A DNA stretch of 64,000 nucleotides from Paramecium tetraurelia. Taxonomy: Eukaryota. The translations under genes and the position numbers were made by a program. The notes under the pieces are model-generated. The model searched no databases. It was not told the DNA's origin and saw nothing but the letters and a program-made list of their open reading frames with translations. Shown here piece by piece: positions 27,392-41,850 of the stretch. Every line of letters begins with the position of its first letter. The stretch's first letter is position 1. The stretch is taken from positions 186,001 to 250,000 of the forward strand of contig CT868658.1 of NCBI GenBank assembly GCA_000165425.1, written 5' to 3'.

Positions 27392-28550
27392 CTTATTATT
27401 ATTACTATTATTACGGTTATTATTATTATTTTTATTATTATTATTTACTATCAACACCTTCTGATAAAACTTTTATTGCCAATTTTCTGGTTTATGATTA
27501 AACTGTTGCTAGATTAATTTGCAATTCTTAGATTTCACTATAATATATTGATAATCTATCGCCTTATTTTGTTAAAATTATTAATTTTTTATCTTTTTGT
27601 TGGTTGTCCTAAACCTTTCCTTATAATAAATTACTAACTGTAGGTTAGCATAGTTAAATATCTAGATAATTGTACTTAAAAAATATTTCGTCATTTTTTT
27701 CAATTAAAGTCGGGTCATCCTTTATATGTGAGATAGATAATTTAATATATTCGTTTAACTTTGTATTTTATGTGGTTTAACCACTTTATTACTATTTTCT
27801 TTCTTGAGTTTAACTTACAGGATTTTATGAAGCATTAGATTATATAGGGTTAAAATTAACATTAAATTTATTTTATTGAGATTTCTACGGCTCTGTTGTT
27901 TTCTAGCCACTTTTGATAAAAGACTTTCTCCATTCTTCTTAACTCTTTTTCAATTCATCCCCTGGGGTTGATACTACTGCTTACATTTTGTTTGCTGTTT
28001 ATGGTTTCTTTATCGGAACATCCTCAGAGGAAGACTCTGACTCGGAAATGATTTTCTGTATTTTTGGTTTTATTTTTAATGAAGACTTTGATGAAAACTA
28101 ACCAGGTTGAACAATTAAATTAGATTTTATATGCTAAGACTTTAAGTTTTGATCTTGAGTCAAAGGCTATTTTTTTTAAACTTGCTTATCATCTTCTACG
28201 CTGCTGCAGTCTTAATTCTAGAATAAATAAGTAAATATTTATTACTTAAATTATTTACTTCTATCTTACTTTTGTCTCTTTTTATGCCACTTTATTTGAT
28301 GATCCAACTCCTTCAACAATCCTTTAATAATTAAACAATAATACTGTATTATTTCACTATTTAATACGAGATTCTCAACAATTTAATCATTCAATGCTCT
28401 AAACCCTTCAATCCAGATTTATGGACTTTGAATATTGCAAGTCTTAGATAAATGGTTGCATAAATCTTCAATAGTTTATTGAGGCTTGGTAACTAGCACA
28501 ATATTTTCAGTTGAATTATTCTGGTAATGGATAATTATTTTAAGTCTCAT
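26986..28550 (-). CDS. Low-complexity protein with ubiquitin-like (coilin-N-like) N-terminus and poly-Gln tract
   Basis: MRLKIIIHY...TIEDLCNHLSKTCNIQSPQIWIEGF, then Ser/acidic and Lys/Gln-rich regions. Three introns, TGA 26986. Confidence 0.6.
27348..27443 (-). repeat. Imperfect (TAA)n tract encoding poly-Gln
   Basis: In-frame TAA codons interspersed with TAG, CAA, CCG, GAA and AAA. Confidence 0.9.
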
Positions 28551-29607
28551 AATAATTTATATTAAAAATTATAGTATAAATTGATATCGTTCTTTTCTGT
28601 CTTCTGTTAAATATTGAATAATGGCTTGAAGTTAATATCTTTTTTGATTACAATTTTTAATGATCTTTTGATCAATGTGATTTTAATTTATGAACTAAAT
28701 TTTGATTTTTTATAAGTCCCAAATAAAAACCAAAAACTTTGATAAAATACTTTTTCATTTTGTATTATTGTTTCAATAACAATTATATTTTAATTATATT
28801 CTTAGTCAGTTTATCTGCTAATGTTCTAGTATGATTTTTATTTTCTTTCTTTTTTTATTAATTATTATAAATTTATTCAACATAATTTTCAATTAGTTAT
28901 TTAGATTGATTTACAAGGTATTTATTATCAATTTATTTTAATAAAGTGCTTCAATTTAACGCTTTTTTGCTGATAATTCTTTTTAGATGGATTATTTAAT
29001 CAATAAATCCTTATGTTATTACTCCAGATTTTTTTTAATTTTAATTTTCATTTTTATTAAAATAGTTTTAAAGTATAGATTTCTTCCTGTTAATTTTAAA
29101 ACTATATTTAATGTTATTCTAATAATCGAAATGATGACCAATTATATCTTCTAATAGACTAGAGAATTTAGTTCAACAATTATTATTCTAGATGATGATT
29201 TTTTCAATTAATTTTTAGATGCTTAAATAATATTACATTGTAGTTGAGAAAGAAATTTTAATTTATTATATTCTTCCTAAATTTATTTATATCTATATTA
29301 CTAAATACAAAATATAAAGGTGTTAAATTTATAAATGCAGAAAGAATGATTATTAATGCTTAAGGAAAGTATTAGTATAGTTATAAGACCCTCAGTTCTA
29401 TGAATAGTGGAAACGCTATTACAAATGATTTATAAAGGATAATTATTAAATAATTTTCACTAAATAATTTAACAGATTTCAAAAAGATATTAAAACAAGA
29501 AAAATGTTTAAGTTATCAAGAAATTTATATTTCTAATCTAATTGGTTTTATAATATTGTTATAATAGTTATTTTTTATAAATTAGTTTATTACATAAATA
29601 AATATAA

Positions 29608-31313
29608 ATGCTGAATTAGCATTTTTGCGAAATTGACGATGACAGTAAGCTCTTTGATGTAATACATAGTCTCTGATGCCACATCCTTTGAAGAGTCTAT
29701 TTAAAAGAGATGTATGACAGCTCCTCCAAGACCATTAACCGATTTAGAGGAATTTAAGAGGTAAAGTTGTAAAGACATGTGAAGATCAGAGGAATATGAG
29801 GCCCTCGAAAAAGCATATAGAAGCTAAAGCTAATTAATATAGAGAGATTATTAGAAATACGATTTAGACAATCCTGAAGGATAGCACAGTTGTAAGAAAT
29901 TTCTGTACCATCTTGAAAATATGTGTAAAGTATTTGATCAAATAACCCACAGGTGTATAAAGTGAGTGCAGTATCAAGGGAATATCGAGACACATTTTCA
30001 AAAGCTTACAAAATATTGTACACAGATGGTGAGTTGTGTTACTTGACTGAAATTCTCGACAGTGCATAGGAAGGTAAAATTGAACGTTGAAACTTTAGGC
30101 TTTCCTTATTTGTGGGTTAATTCTGAAAAATATTCGTTTTCTGCTGATGTTTTGGATGCTGGAATGCGGTTAGTGGAGGCATTTTATAAAGTACAACATG
30201 TCATCAGATACACATATTCTGGCACTCTATAGGAGAGTCCTGACTTTTCTTCTTCAAAATTGAAAGATGAAATTCAATTATTGTTGGAGAATTTCGATAT
30301 CATTTGGGTTAACTTTGAGAAAGTACTTTAAATTGATAATTTAGTATTACGTTAAAGAATTAATGCAGATAGAGGCAGAAGCTCGACGATTTATACTGAA
30401 AGCAATAGAACTTGATAAGGAAATGATCTCAATTGAAGTGCGAGAAAAGCTAAAGGGGAGAATCCTTGTGACTTGTGAGAATTATCTGCAATTAAAAGCT
30501 GAAGTAACTCACATACTGAAGCTAGTTATGCAAAGTGATAGCACAGATTAATTCGGTCGCTAATGTTGAAGGTAAAGGAAGAGATGATCTCGGTGTAAAA
30601 ATCCTACTCGAAGCTGAAGGGATAACCAGAAGAGTTACTCGAGAGTAATCTTAAGCTGTACGAAATCTTGCTGATAGCATCAAAATGAAGTAGACTTGTT
30701 ATAATAGTTAAGTTTCCAAAGGTTCAGAGAACAAATGAGAAGATATGAGGGTAATATTGAAATGGTCGATCCTCAATTGAAAAATAATTAGGAATTAGTT
30801 GATTTATTGGTTGAATATGAAACACAATGGGAAAAAGGCTTAAATTATTTATTGGATCCAAAGAGATACACACAATTAATGTTGTTTTCTCATATTATAG
30901 AAACATCGGCTGAGAAATATTCATAATTTTAAGAACAATTAGAATGCAGGGATAGTGACATTTTTGTTGCGATTCCATGCTTGATCATATTGAAACACCT
31001 TGAAGATGAGGATCGTAATATTTGTCTTTACTTCCTACCTATGTTAAATGATACATCTTCTAAACTCTATCAATCATTTATGATTTTAAAACAGGAATTC
31101 CAGGGATGGAGAAGACAGCATTCAAAATCATATGAATACTATAATATTATTGAAAAATTGCTTTTAGGAATTCCTTAATAATAATTTTCTGAGGAAGAAT
31201 CAAATTAAATTGAGAAGATAATGCAGAAAATTAAATTTCTTTCCATTGAACTCTAAAGGCACAACGCTATAGAATGGAATTCATTCATTGATGCAGCAAT
31301 AAACAATAATTGA
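29608..31313 (+). CDS. Uncharacterised helical protein
   Basis: Multi-intron gene with well-formed protein segments: FDIIWVNFEK, INSVANVEGKGRDDLG, VDPQLKNNQELVDLLVEYETQWEKG. TGA 31311-31313. Confidence 0.8.
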
Positions 31314-31390
31314 TTTATATAATTATAATTCTAATTAATTGGAAACACAACTAATAGACTAATTTTTCTATATTATATTTTATTATTATC

Positions 31391-33419
<2,029 letters not shown>

Positions 33420-33789
33420 AAAAAGATATTTATTTATAATATGAAACTAATTAATTAAATTTCCTTTATACCTCTACTATTATTGTACTGAATTTTTAAT
33501 TTCATAATAATAAAAATTTTGGATAGGACTGCTCAATTCCTTTCATTTTCAACATAAGCTAATTACTTATAAGATATTGAAATACTTATTTTTATACTAA
33601 TCCAATAAATACACATATTATGATCATATAGATTAAAGAATAAAATAACTAATTCCTCCCTAAGTTGGACTAATTTAATTTCTATCAAAATGCTTTTGAT
33701 AATTATTCTTCTCGTCTACTTGATGAAGTTTAAAATTAATATTGAATTCATTTTTCTGTATTATATATTTATTCAATATAATGAATATA

Positions 33790-34920
33790 TCACCATTCAA
33801 GGAAAGGATCATCTGCAGGTTTAAGGGCTGGACTTTAAGTATCTGATTCTGGGTATGATGAGAAATTTGAAGTGTCATTGGGAGCTCTTAAGAGATTGTT
33901 TTAAAGAATTACTTAACAACAGGTTTATAAGGAACAGGCAATTTCTTTTATGTGAGCAAATTCCAGTCTAGATTTCCAAACCATCTATGATTTTTTACAT
34001 CAGCAGCCCCTAGTTACATATAATCATGAATGAATTACCATTCTTTAAATTTCCATATCTTTTAGATAGATCTGCAACTAATAAATGTTTGACTAATGAT
34101 TTAGCATTTCTATGTTATTTTTAACTCAATACTTATCAAAAGACTTAGGAAATTTAACCTTTCCTTTAAGAATTTTTTGGTAAATAGCCATAGGATCTTC
34201 ATCAGAAAAGGGATCAATTCCTGCATTCATTTCATATATCAAAATTCCCAATGTCCACCAATCAACCGCTTTACCATGTCCTTTATTCAATAAAATCTCC
34301 GGTGCCAAATACTCTGGTGTTCCACAAAGAGTGTATGTTCTTCCTTCAACCACTTTTGCAAATCCAAAATCTGTCAGTTTTAAATATCCATCATCTGCTA
34401 TTAATAAATTTTCTGGTTTTAAATCTCTATATATAATATTTTTTGAGTGGAGGTATTCAAAAATTGAAGCAACTTAAGAAGCATAGAAACTGAATAATTA
34501 AATTATATTATTTACCCTGCATGCTATGTATCAAGTCTTCCAATGCTTCTCAAATAAGTAAATAATTCTCCTCCAGAAACAAATTCTAATACCAAATATA
34601 TGTATCTTGGATCTTGGCAAAATCCTTCAAAATTGACCTAAAGATTTAAAAAAGTAAGGAATACGATAAAAGGATGCTGCAAGTTGCCCAAAATGGTATT
34701 CTCATTAATGACGTGATCAACTTGCTTTAAACGTATGATTTCAGCTTTCTTTAAACTTTTTAATGCAACATATTTATTTGTTTATTTGTTCCTTGCCAAT
34801 TTGACTCGCCCAAAGGAACCTAAAATTATCATAGAGTGATGAAGTACCTGTGCCAAGAGTTTGAAATACTTCATAATCTGTCAACTTGAGTTTTTTTGGC
34901 TTTGCAAGAGAGGTACTCAT
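33790..34920 (-). CDS. PKAc: cAMP-dependent protein kinase catalytic subunit
   Basis: [56 protein letters not shown]-terminal DPFLEW. Confidence 0.96.
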
Positions 34921-35057
34921 CGAAAGTCAAGATTTATATAATAAATAAAATATAAACATATATATAATTAGTTTTCGTATTAAAACTGAACTATATTATC
35001 ATCAAGAATTTAAGTGAAATGTTAATGAATATGTCTTATTATACATTATAATAGAAA

Positions 35058-35388
35058 TCATTGATGTAAAATTCCAATAATGTCTGAATCTCTGAAAAGG
35101 AAATACTCTTAATCTGCCAACTTGATTTTCTATCCTCCATAATCTGGAAGTAAGACAACATCTCCAGGTTTGACTAAAGTTGGTATAACATTTCCTTTTG
35201 AATCTGTTTATCCTGGACCAGTCTGGAAATTTCTAGAATAAAATTCATACTTCGACAACTTTTCCTACGGCTTATTTTTCTTCTGAGGTTTATAAGAGGA
35301 TTCCTGAAGCTGTCTTTGTGACAGGTTCATACTTTTAGATTAAGACTCTGTTGAGGAGAGGTGCCAATTTCTTGAATTAAGATGCCAT
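35058..35388 (-). CDS. HSP10: Mitochondrial co-chaperonin HSP10 (GroES/cpn10)
   Basis: LAPLLNRVLI, KTASGILL, GKVVETGPG, VKPGDVVLLPDYGG, FRDSDIIG. One intron at 35223-35250. Confidence 0.95.
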
Positions 35389-35584
35389 TATGAATCTCCA
35401 AATTGAACTTAAATAAATAATTATCAGAATTAAATTTTTAAGTGCATAAATATAAACACTATTTTAGAATTTGCTAGAAAATTTGATAGCTTTGATCTTG
35501 TAAACTAATTCAACTCCTTAATTTCAAAAAATATATAATGTATACTATTACTATATTTATCCTATATTGTTATTGATTTATTTA

Positions 35585-37350
35585 TCAACCGTCTCTTTGA
35601 TCTCCAAAGGTTTCTTATGGTTCCTCTTCTCCTTGACGACCAGATTATTATTGCTTCTTTTTAATTCCTGACACAACATCATCAATTCTCAATAGCATAC
35701 AGGCTGACTCGATGGCAGTTTTAAAAACTTATCTAAATCATTAAATAATTAATATACTTTTTTACAGATAAAGGTTCCCAAACATTAATTTCATTCATCT
35801 TCGCAATTTTTCCAGTATTTCCATCAACTCCAAAAAATAATCCTCCGGTTTCACTATGTTTGGCTCTTAATTCAGTCAATATTCTGACAGTGTCAGCTCC
35901 ACAATTGGCAGAGAGTGTTCTTGGTATAATTTCCAAAGCATAGGCAACTATTAAATATATAATTAGTAAATATACCAGCTTTATATGGCAATTGACCCAA
36001 TCCTTCAACTTTATTTGCTTTTTCCAACAATCTAGCACTAACTTCCATTTCAACAGCTCCTCCTCCTGGTAATAGTTTTGGATCTTAATAGATATTTTTG
36101 GCAACTGCTAAACAATCATGTAAATTTCTTTCCTAATTATTATTATTTTAAATAAATACCATTTCATTCAAAACATCTTTTGATGCACCTGCTCGAATAT
36201 GATAGAGCATGCAGTTGGATTTTAGCAATCTACAAAGAAAGCGAAATAATCATCTCCAATTTTTTTGACTTCAAATGTTCCACATAAAGTACCAACATCA
36301 GTTTCTTATAGTTCTTCTGGTCTATTGACAATAGTGGCACCTGAAACTCTAGCAATTCTTGTGTTGTCGGTCTTTCTGACTCTTCTAATGACAGAGACAT
36401 TTCCTTTTAATAAAAAGTGTTAAGCCAAATCTGAAACTCCTTTTTCTGTAATAACAATATCAGGTTTGTGTTTCAATATATCATTACACATAAGGGCAAC
36501 CTCATTAATTTCTTATTAGAGTGCATCAGTCATATCTGATTCCTTTGTCATTTCCATATTAGTCATAGATTCACCTTTCTTGTATTCCAATGTGCAATCC
36601 AATAATATAATTCTTGGGTTCTTGATTTCTCTTCTCATTCTTGGATGAGTAACATCTTTATTAATCATGACTCCTTCAAGTACAGAACTTTCTTCAAGAG
36701 TTCCTCCTGGTATTTTTTCTACCTTTGCATACCTCTTAATTTCTAAATTCAATTTATTAATATTTCCTCCTCTAAGAACTATTCTGGTTGCTTATAAAGA
36801 GAGATCACTAATTAATGTTCCCCATCTGAATGCAAATTTAGTACCAATACAAGATTGTAATGCTTTCATAACTTCTTCTTTTTTGTCGGTGTCTATTTAT
36901 TATGAAATCTCATCCAAGATCTTTACAGAATCTTCCAAGGCTCTGAAATACCCATTAACAATTTCTGTTGGATGAATATTCTTTTCAATGAATGGTCGTG
37001 CTGCTACCATCATTTCACCTGCTAATATGATGACTGATGTTGTTCCATCTCCGACTTCTTCATCTTGAGCCTTTAAATTCTTAGTTATTAAAATATACTC
37101 TTGCTAATTCGATCATACTCTTTGCTGCTGGATGCTAAACATCAATCTCTCTCAAAATTGCATTTCCATCATTTGTCATTACAATGCCGCCCATTGGATC
37201 AAGTAACATTTTTAACATTGATCTGGGTCCAAGAGTAGTCAATACGATATCTGATACAGCTTTGGCTGCCTAGATATTTCCTAATTGAGCTTTTCTACCC
37301 TATTCTCTTTTTGTGTTAGCATTCACCACAATCACTGGAGCTCCTTACAT
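35585..37350 (-). CDS. CCT3: T-complex protein 1 subunit gamma (CCT3), with an apparent frameshift near 36191-36195
   Basis: [60 protein letters not shown]. Confidence 0.95.
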
Positions 37351-37448
37351 ATATTTTTAAATATAAAAACTTTTAATGGATTTGATTATTTTCTTTTATA
37401 TTTATCAATTCCTCTAGAAAACTGAAAATTTATAATATCAATAATTTA

Positions 37449-38333
37449 TCAAATTTGCTTTATTATATCCTATAGACTATTTAAAGCTTCGACGGGAGCT
37501 GCCCGTTTTAATTTGAGTAGATTCTAGGTCCACTTTGGTATTGGAGAAGTCAATCAACTTAATTTTAAAATCATTATCATCACGATAAATCAATAACAGA
37601 CTTGTTCCTTACCATGATGTCACTTGCTTACAATGACTAATGATAAATTGCTTTAAGGATTCTATTTTCTCGATGGCCTCTTTTAAAATTTCTAAATTTA
37701 ATAAACTCTAACTTACAATTTCTATTTTTTAAACCAAAAAAAGTCTTAAGTGACTCAATTAATTCCTATACAGATATGGTTCTACCCCAATGCTTATCCT
37801 TAAACAAAACCAATTCATTATTTTCTTGTATTTTCATTCCACAAATTCTGAGGCCTACTTTAGAGGAAGTTGAATCTTGATAACGCTAAATATGCGATTA
37901 TTTTTCAACTGAATAGCCTAATTTCAGGTCTAGAATTCTCAAATTCTAAGAGTTTTAAGTCAAGTTTTCAAGTATTAAATATTCTAAGAAATTTTTAAAA
38001 TATTTACTCTTATTATTTGGATTATACCTCTTAGAAATAAGAGTATCTAACCATTTTTATTAAGAGTTGATTGTTTCTTATTTTGATATTTCTTGATTTT
38101 TTTCTATAATTGCTACACCATTGTATTGAGAGAAGAACTCCTAATATCCGTCTATGTGCTGAATCCATTCATAAAAACTAATTAGCTTTATAGAAATACT
38201 TTTATTCATTATTATTTTCAATTGAGTGGGACTTCGCTACAAACTCGCCATCATTAAGTTTAATAAATATAGAATGCCCAGAGATTTATTATTCGAAAAA
38301 AGCTTATTGTTATTATTATTATTAGAAACTCAT
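37449..38333 (-). CDS. Inositol polyphosphate kinase (IPK/IPMK/IP6K family)
   Basis: QISGH, E..FYE, LENLT...ILDLKLG, TSLLLIY and KLIDF motifs. Confidence 0.88.
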
Positions 38334-39219
38334 AAAAATAATATATTATCAAATAATGTAATGTTGGATAAATTTATGTTTTAATAGCATGCACCAAGAT
38401 ATTCAAATAATATACAAGTGCAGTTTCATTCTAATTTTAATTTAATGAGTCATCATCTCAAATTTACTTGTATTTTGATTTAAAGCAAAGTTGATATGTT
38501 CACATTTAATATCAGCTTATTTATTTTTCTTTAAGAGAATTGGAGATTAATCAAATAAATTATATTAAAATAGTTTATACGATTATTTTTAAATTTAATT
38601 TGATTGTTTATTGTTTGAATTTAATATCGATTAAAAATTAGATTAGGTAGTAGAGTCGTCATAAGAACTATATTTATGTAAATGTATCATTGCAATTTGA
38701 ATGGATTTAAATTTATTAGTGATACATAAATATTGAATTGATACAAGATATACTTTATAATAATATTTAAGAAAATTATTATTATGGGATTTTCTGCAAG
38801 TCATCGATTCTAATTTGATTAAAAATATTATAAAATAGTTTTAGATTCATGTAACCTTTAGATGAACATTTAATCAATATTTCCAATCTTCTTCTTGGAG
38901 TTGTGCATTCAAAGTCAAGAACTCTAAATCCAAATATAACAGAGGATATTTCAAATATTATTTTAATTTTAACCATCATAAAATATTTTATGAAACTTCA
39001 TACATAAACCATAGAATATGATGAAATATTAAATAATGTCTAATATAATTAATTATCAAAGAGAACAACATTTTATGAAATCTAAAATTCTCCTTAGAAT
39101 ACAATGGATATTAGAAGAAAAATTAGCTATTCTTTTTATACTAAAAAATGAATTCCTGCGTTGGGATTAAAGTTTTGAATTATTTTTATGAATATATAAA
39201 ATAATAATTATAATAATCA

Positions 39220-39707
39220 ATGGAGTATTTCCTTACAAGATTTACAGTTTATGGAAGTCCATTTTATAATCTCAATGCCGGAAGAGATCATACAGATTGG
39301 GAAAATCAATCAAGACTGAGAAAGGCTTTGAGTAGATTTTAATAATCTGAAGGTAATTATTTAATATTAATAAATAGAGGGACAAGCCTTACCCAAAAAG
39401 TTTACAGATTAATAAATAAAAGGAATTAGATGGGGATTACCTGTTGTTGGTCTGTTTGTAAATGATTTTGTTAATGCTTTTAAAGTTAGGCAGGTTTGTT
39501 GGGGATATTTATTGTGCTTAAAGTTCCATCTACATGAAGGGCATTTTCGCAGTTTTAGGACTCACAATATTTAATAAAATTGGAATGGATATCAGGAATG
39601 ACAATGAAATCTCTTATTGGACAACCAATTATCCCAAGTTACCATCGGACATTCAAAAGGCTCTTAGTTATGGAGATGCAAGATATACTGTGAGATGGAT
39701 TGATTGA
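39220..39707 (+). CDS. Small membrane protein of unknown function
   Basis: ATG 39220, two mini-introns, two hydrophobic segments (WGLPVVGLFLGRFVG; GIFAVLGLTIF), TGA 39705-39707. Confidence 0.7.
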
Positions 39708-39749
39708 TTTAATATTGCAAATATATAAAATAAATAAAAGCAAATATTG

Positions 39750-41779
39750 ATGTATAATATACTTAGAGCGAAAAATGCCTTCAAGCAAAATAGAAATAAA
39801 ACACCATAGGAATCTATAAATCAGAGGCAACCTAGTTAGAGTGTATATGATTAAAGGTAAATTGATGATTGAAATTTGAAAGCAATTATTCGTTGAGTGT
39901 GACCAAAAGTAAAACTAATAACTCAACTACTATGAATACGATAAATAGAACAAGTAACTCCTTCTATATTGGTCCAAGAAGGGACAAGTTGTAAACTTAT
40001 ACAATAGAGTTATAAAAAACTATGGATGCTGATTTTGGGAATAAATTAAGAACAGGTCATAGGGAGAGTGGCAGACAGAGTAGAAAAGTAGTAAGGTATT
40101 GATGTCATCTTAAGCATACCTCTTATGGACAGAATGATTAAAGACTTATATAACATAGTAAATCTGTCATTTATGGAAAAAAAGAAGTGGAAAATGATGA
40201 TGAACAAACATAAGAGTATCAATGTTTATAATTAGAAATATGACCATTGTTTAATAGGGGTTGATCTAAGAACCTTCTAAACCATTAATCAATACAAATG
40301 AAGAATTGACTAAAATAAAAGAACAAGTTAATTCTATGTATAAGAATTTGGAACCTGACACTATGGAAGTAGATTAATGGGATTATTAGGTAGACTATGG
40401 GAAACTAGAACTTAAAGTATTTAGTTTGGATGAATTGAGATATTTAATTTAAGAATTTGAAAAGGAAGAATATGAAAGAAACTATTTGACAATGGATAAA
40501 ATTCTATTGAAAAATAAGTTTTTTTAGAGATTTGGCTAGGGAATCAGGATTGGAATAATGGAAAAAGCCTCTATGGAAATTCATGATGTTGGAGAAGTCA
40601 TTCTTCAATTGGGTGCTAATAGCAATAACCTTTATGTCATACTTAGAGGATCTTGTTAATAGACATTGACTATGGACATTCAATTAGAAGAATATCAATG
40701 TTTGACTGTCTAATCTTATTTTGATGGTTAAGATTTATCAGAGATCAATTTATTGTAATTAAATAATAGCAGGGGATATTCTGCAAATAAATTCATAGAT
40801 ATGGTTGAGGAAATTAAAGAGCATCCAAAATTCAAAGGTATCATATTCAATTAATAGAGATATGTTAAAAAATGAAAGAACTAAATTGATAACCAGTCAT
40901 ATATCTTGTGCAGAAAAAACATATTTATTGAGAATGGACAATGATCAATTCTAAAAGATTTTGAAATAGTCAATTGAAAAAGACAAAGAATTCAAATTGA
41001 GTATCTTATCATAAATCAGATTTTTCTAACATACTTCTGCATCTCAATTATTGCATTTGGTAGCAGAGTTGGGAATTCAAAAATACTTTTAGGGAGATTG
41101 CGTAGTAAGAAAGGGAGATTAGTTAAACAGAGTGATTATAATAGCTTAAGGTGAGTTTGATATTGTGGAGGAAATACAACTTTAGAGGGAAACAAGAAAT
41201 TATTATTTAGAGAACAAATTAAGACCTTTGGTGCATAGAAAAATCATAGACAGGAATACTAAACCTATGATACCTAGAGATTTTGCTGATTAATCTTTTG
41301 ATTTATCTTTAAATAACAATTCAAAATAATAAGTTATACGAAATTCAAAATGCTACCAATATTGTAATAAGTAAATTAGAGGCAAAAATGAAATCGCATA
41401 TACACATTTACATGTATTGAAAACATTGAAGAAATGCGATGTAATTTGTGGTAGATCATTACTAATTTTATATGACAATGAGTATGATTAGGAAGAGTCA
41501 AGTAATGCAAAGTAATCAATAAATACATTTATAAATAGATTGACTGTTGTTGTAAAGAGTGTGTAAGGTTAAGTTTTCTTTTTGGATGAAAAAAGATACT
41601 AAAATCTCCCAGAAAGTTTACAAAATCAAATTTTAGCAGGATTAAGATCTATGAAGGAATTTGATGATTATGAGATAGATCACATTAGGAAACAAATAAG
41701 AACATGGGAGAAATATAAATAAAATTTATATAAACAGTTTATAATGGAGAAACGCTAAAATACTTTTAAAACATACTGA
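39750..41779 (+). CDS. Protein with two cyclic-nucleotide-binding-like domains
   Basis: FFQRF...GEVILQLGANSNNLYVILRGSC and FFQH...GDCVVRKGDQLNRVIIIAQGEF. Canonical phosphate-binding cassettes are not evident. Confidence 0.75.
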
Positions 41780-41850
41780 TTATTAGATTTGTATTTTTAA
41801 TTTGAAATTAATTTCTTTTATGCAAATGAATAAATAGATATATATATGAG

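Noticed and set aside
27348..27443. (TTA)n array as a non-coding microsatellite or CRISPR-like repeat
   Set aside because: It is in frame within a gene as poly-Gln, with codon-type interruptions and no spacers.
35058..37350. HSP10 next to a chaperonin as a groES-groEL-like operon
   Set aside because: The neighbour is cytosolic group II CCT3, which does not use HSP10. The adjacency is probably coincidental.
38784..39151. Possible small plus-strand gene
   Set aside because: It needs an unexplained frame change and has no recognisable motif. It is counted only among the eroded gaps.
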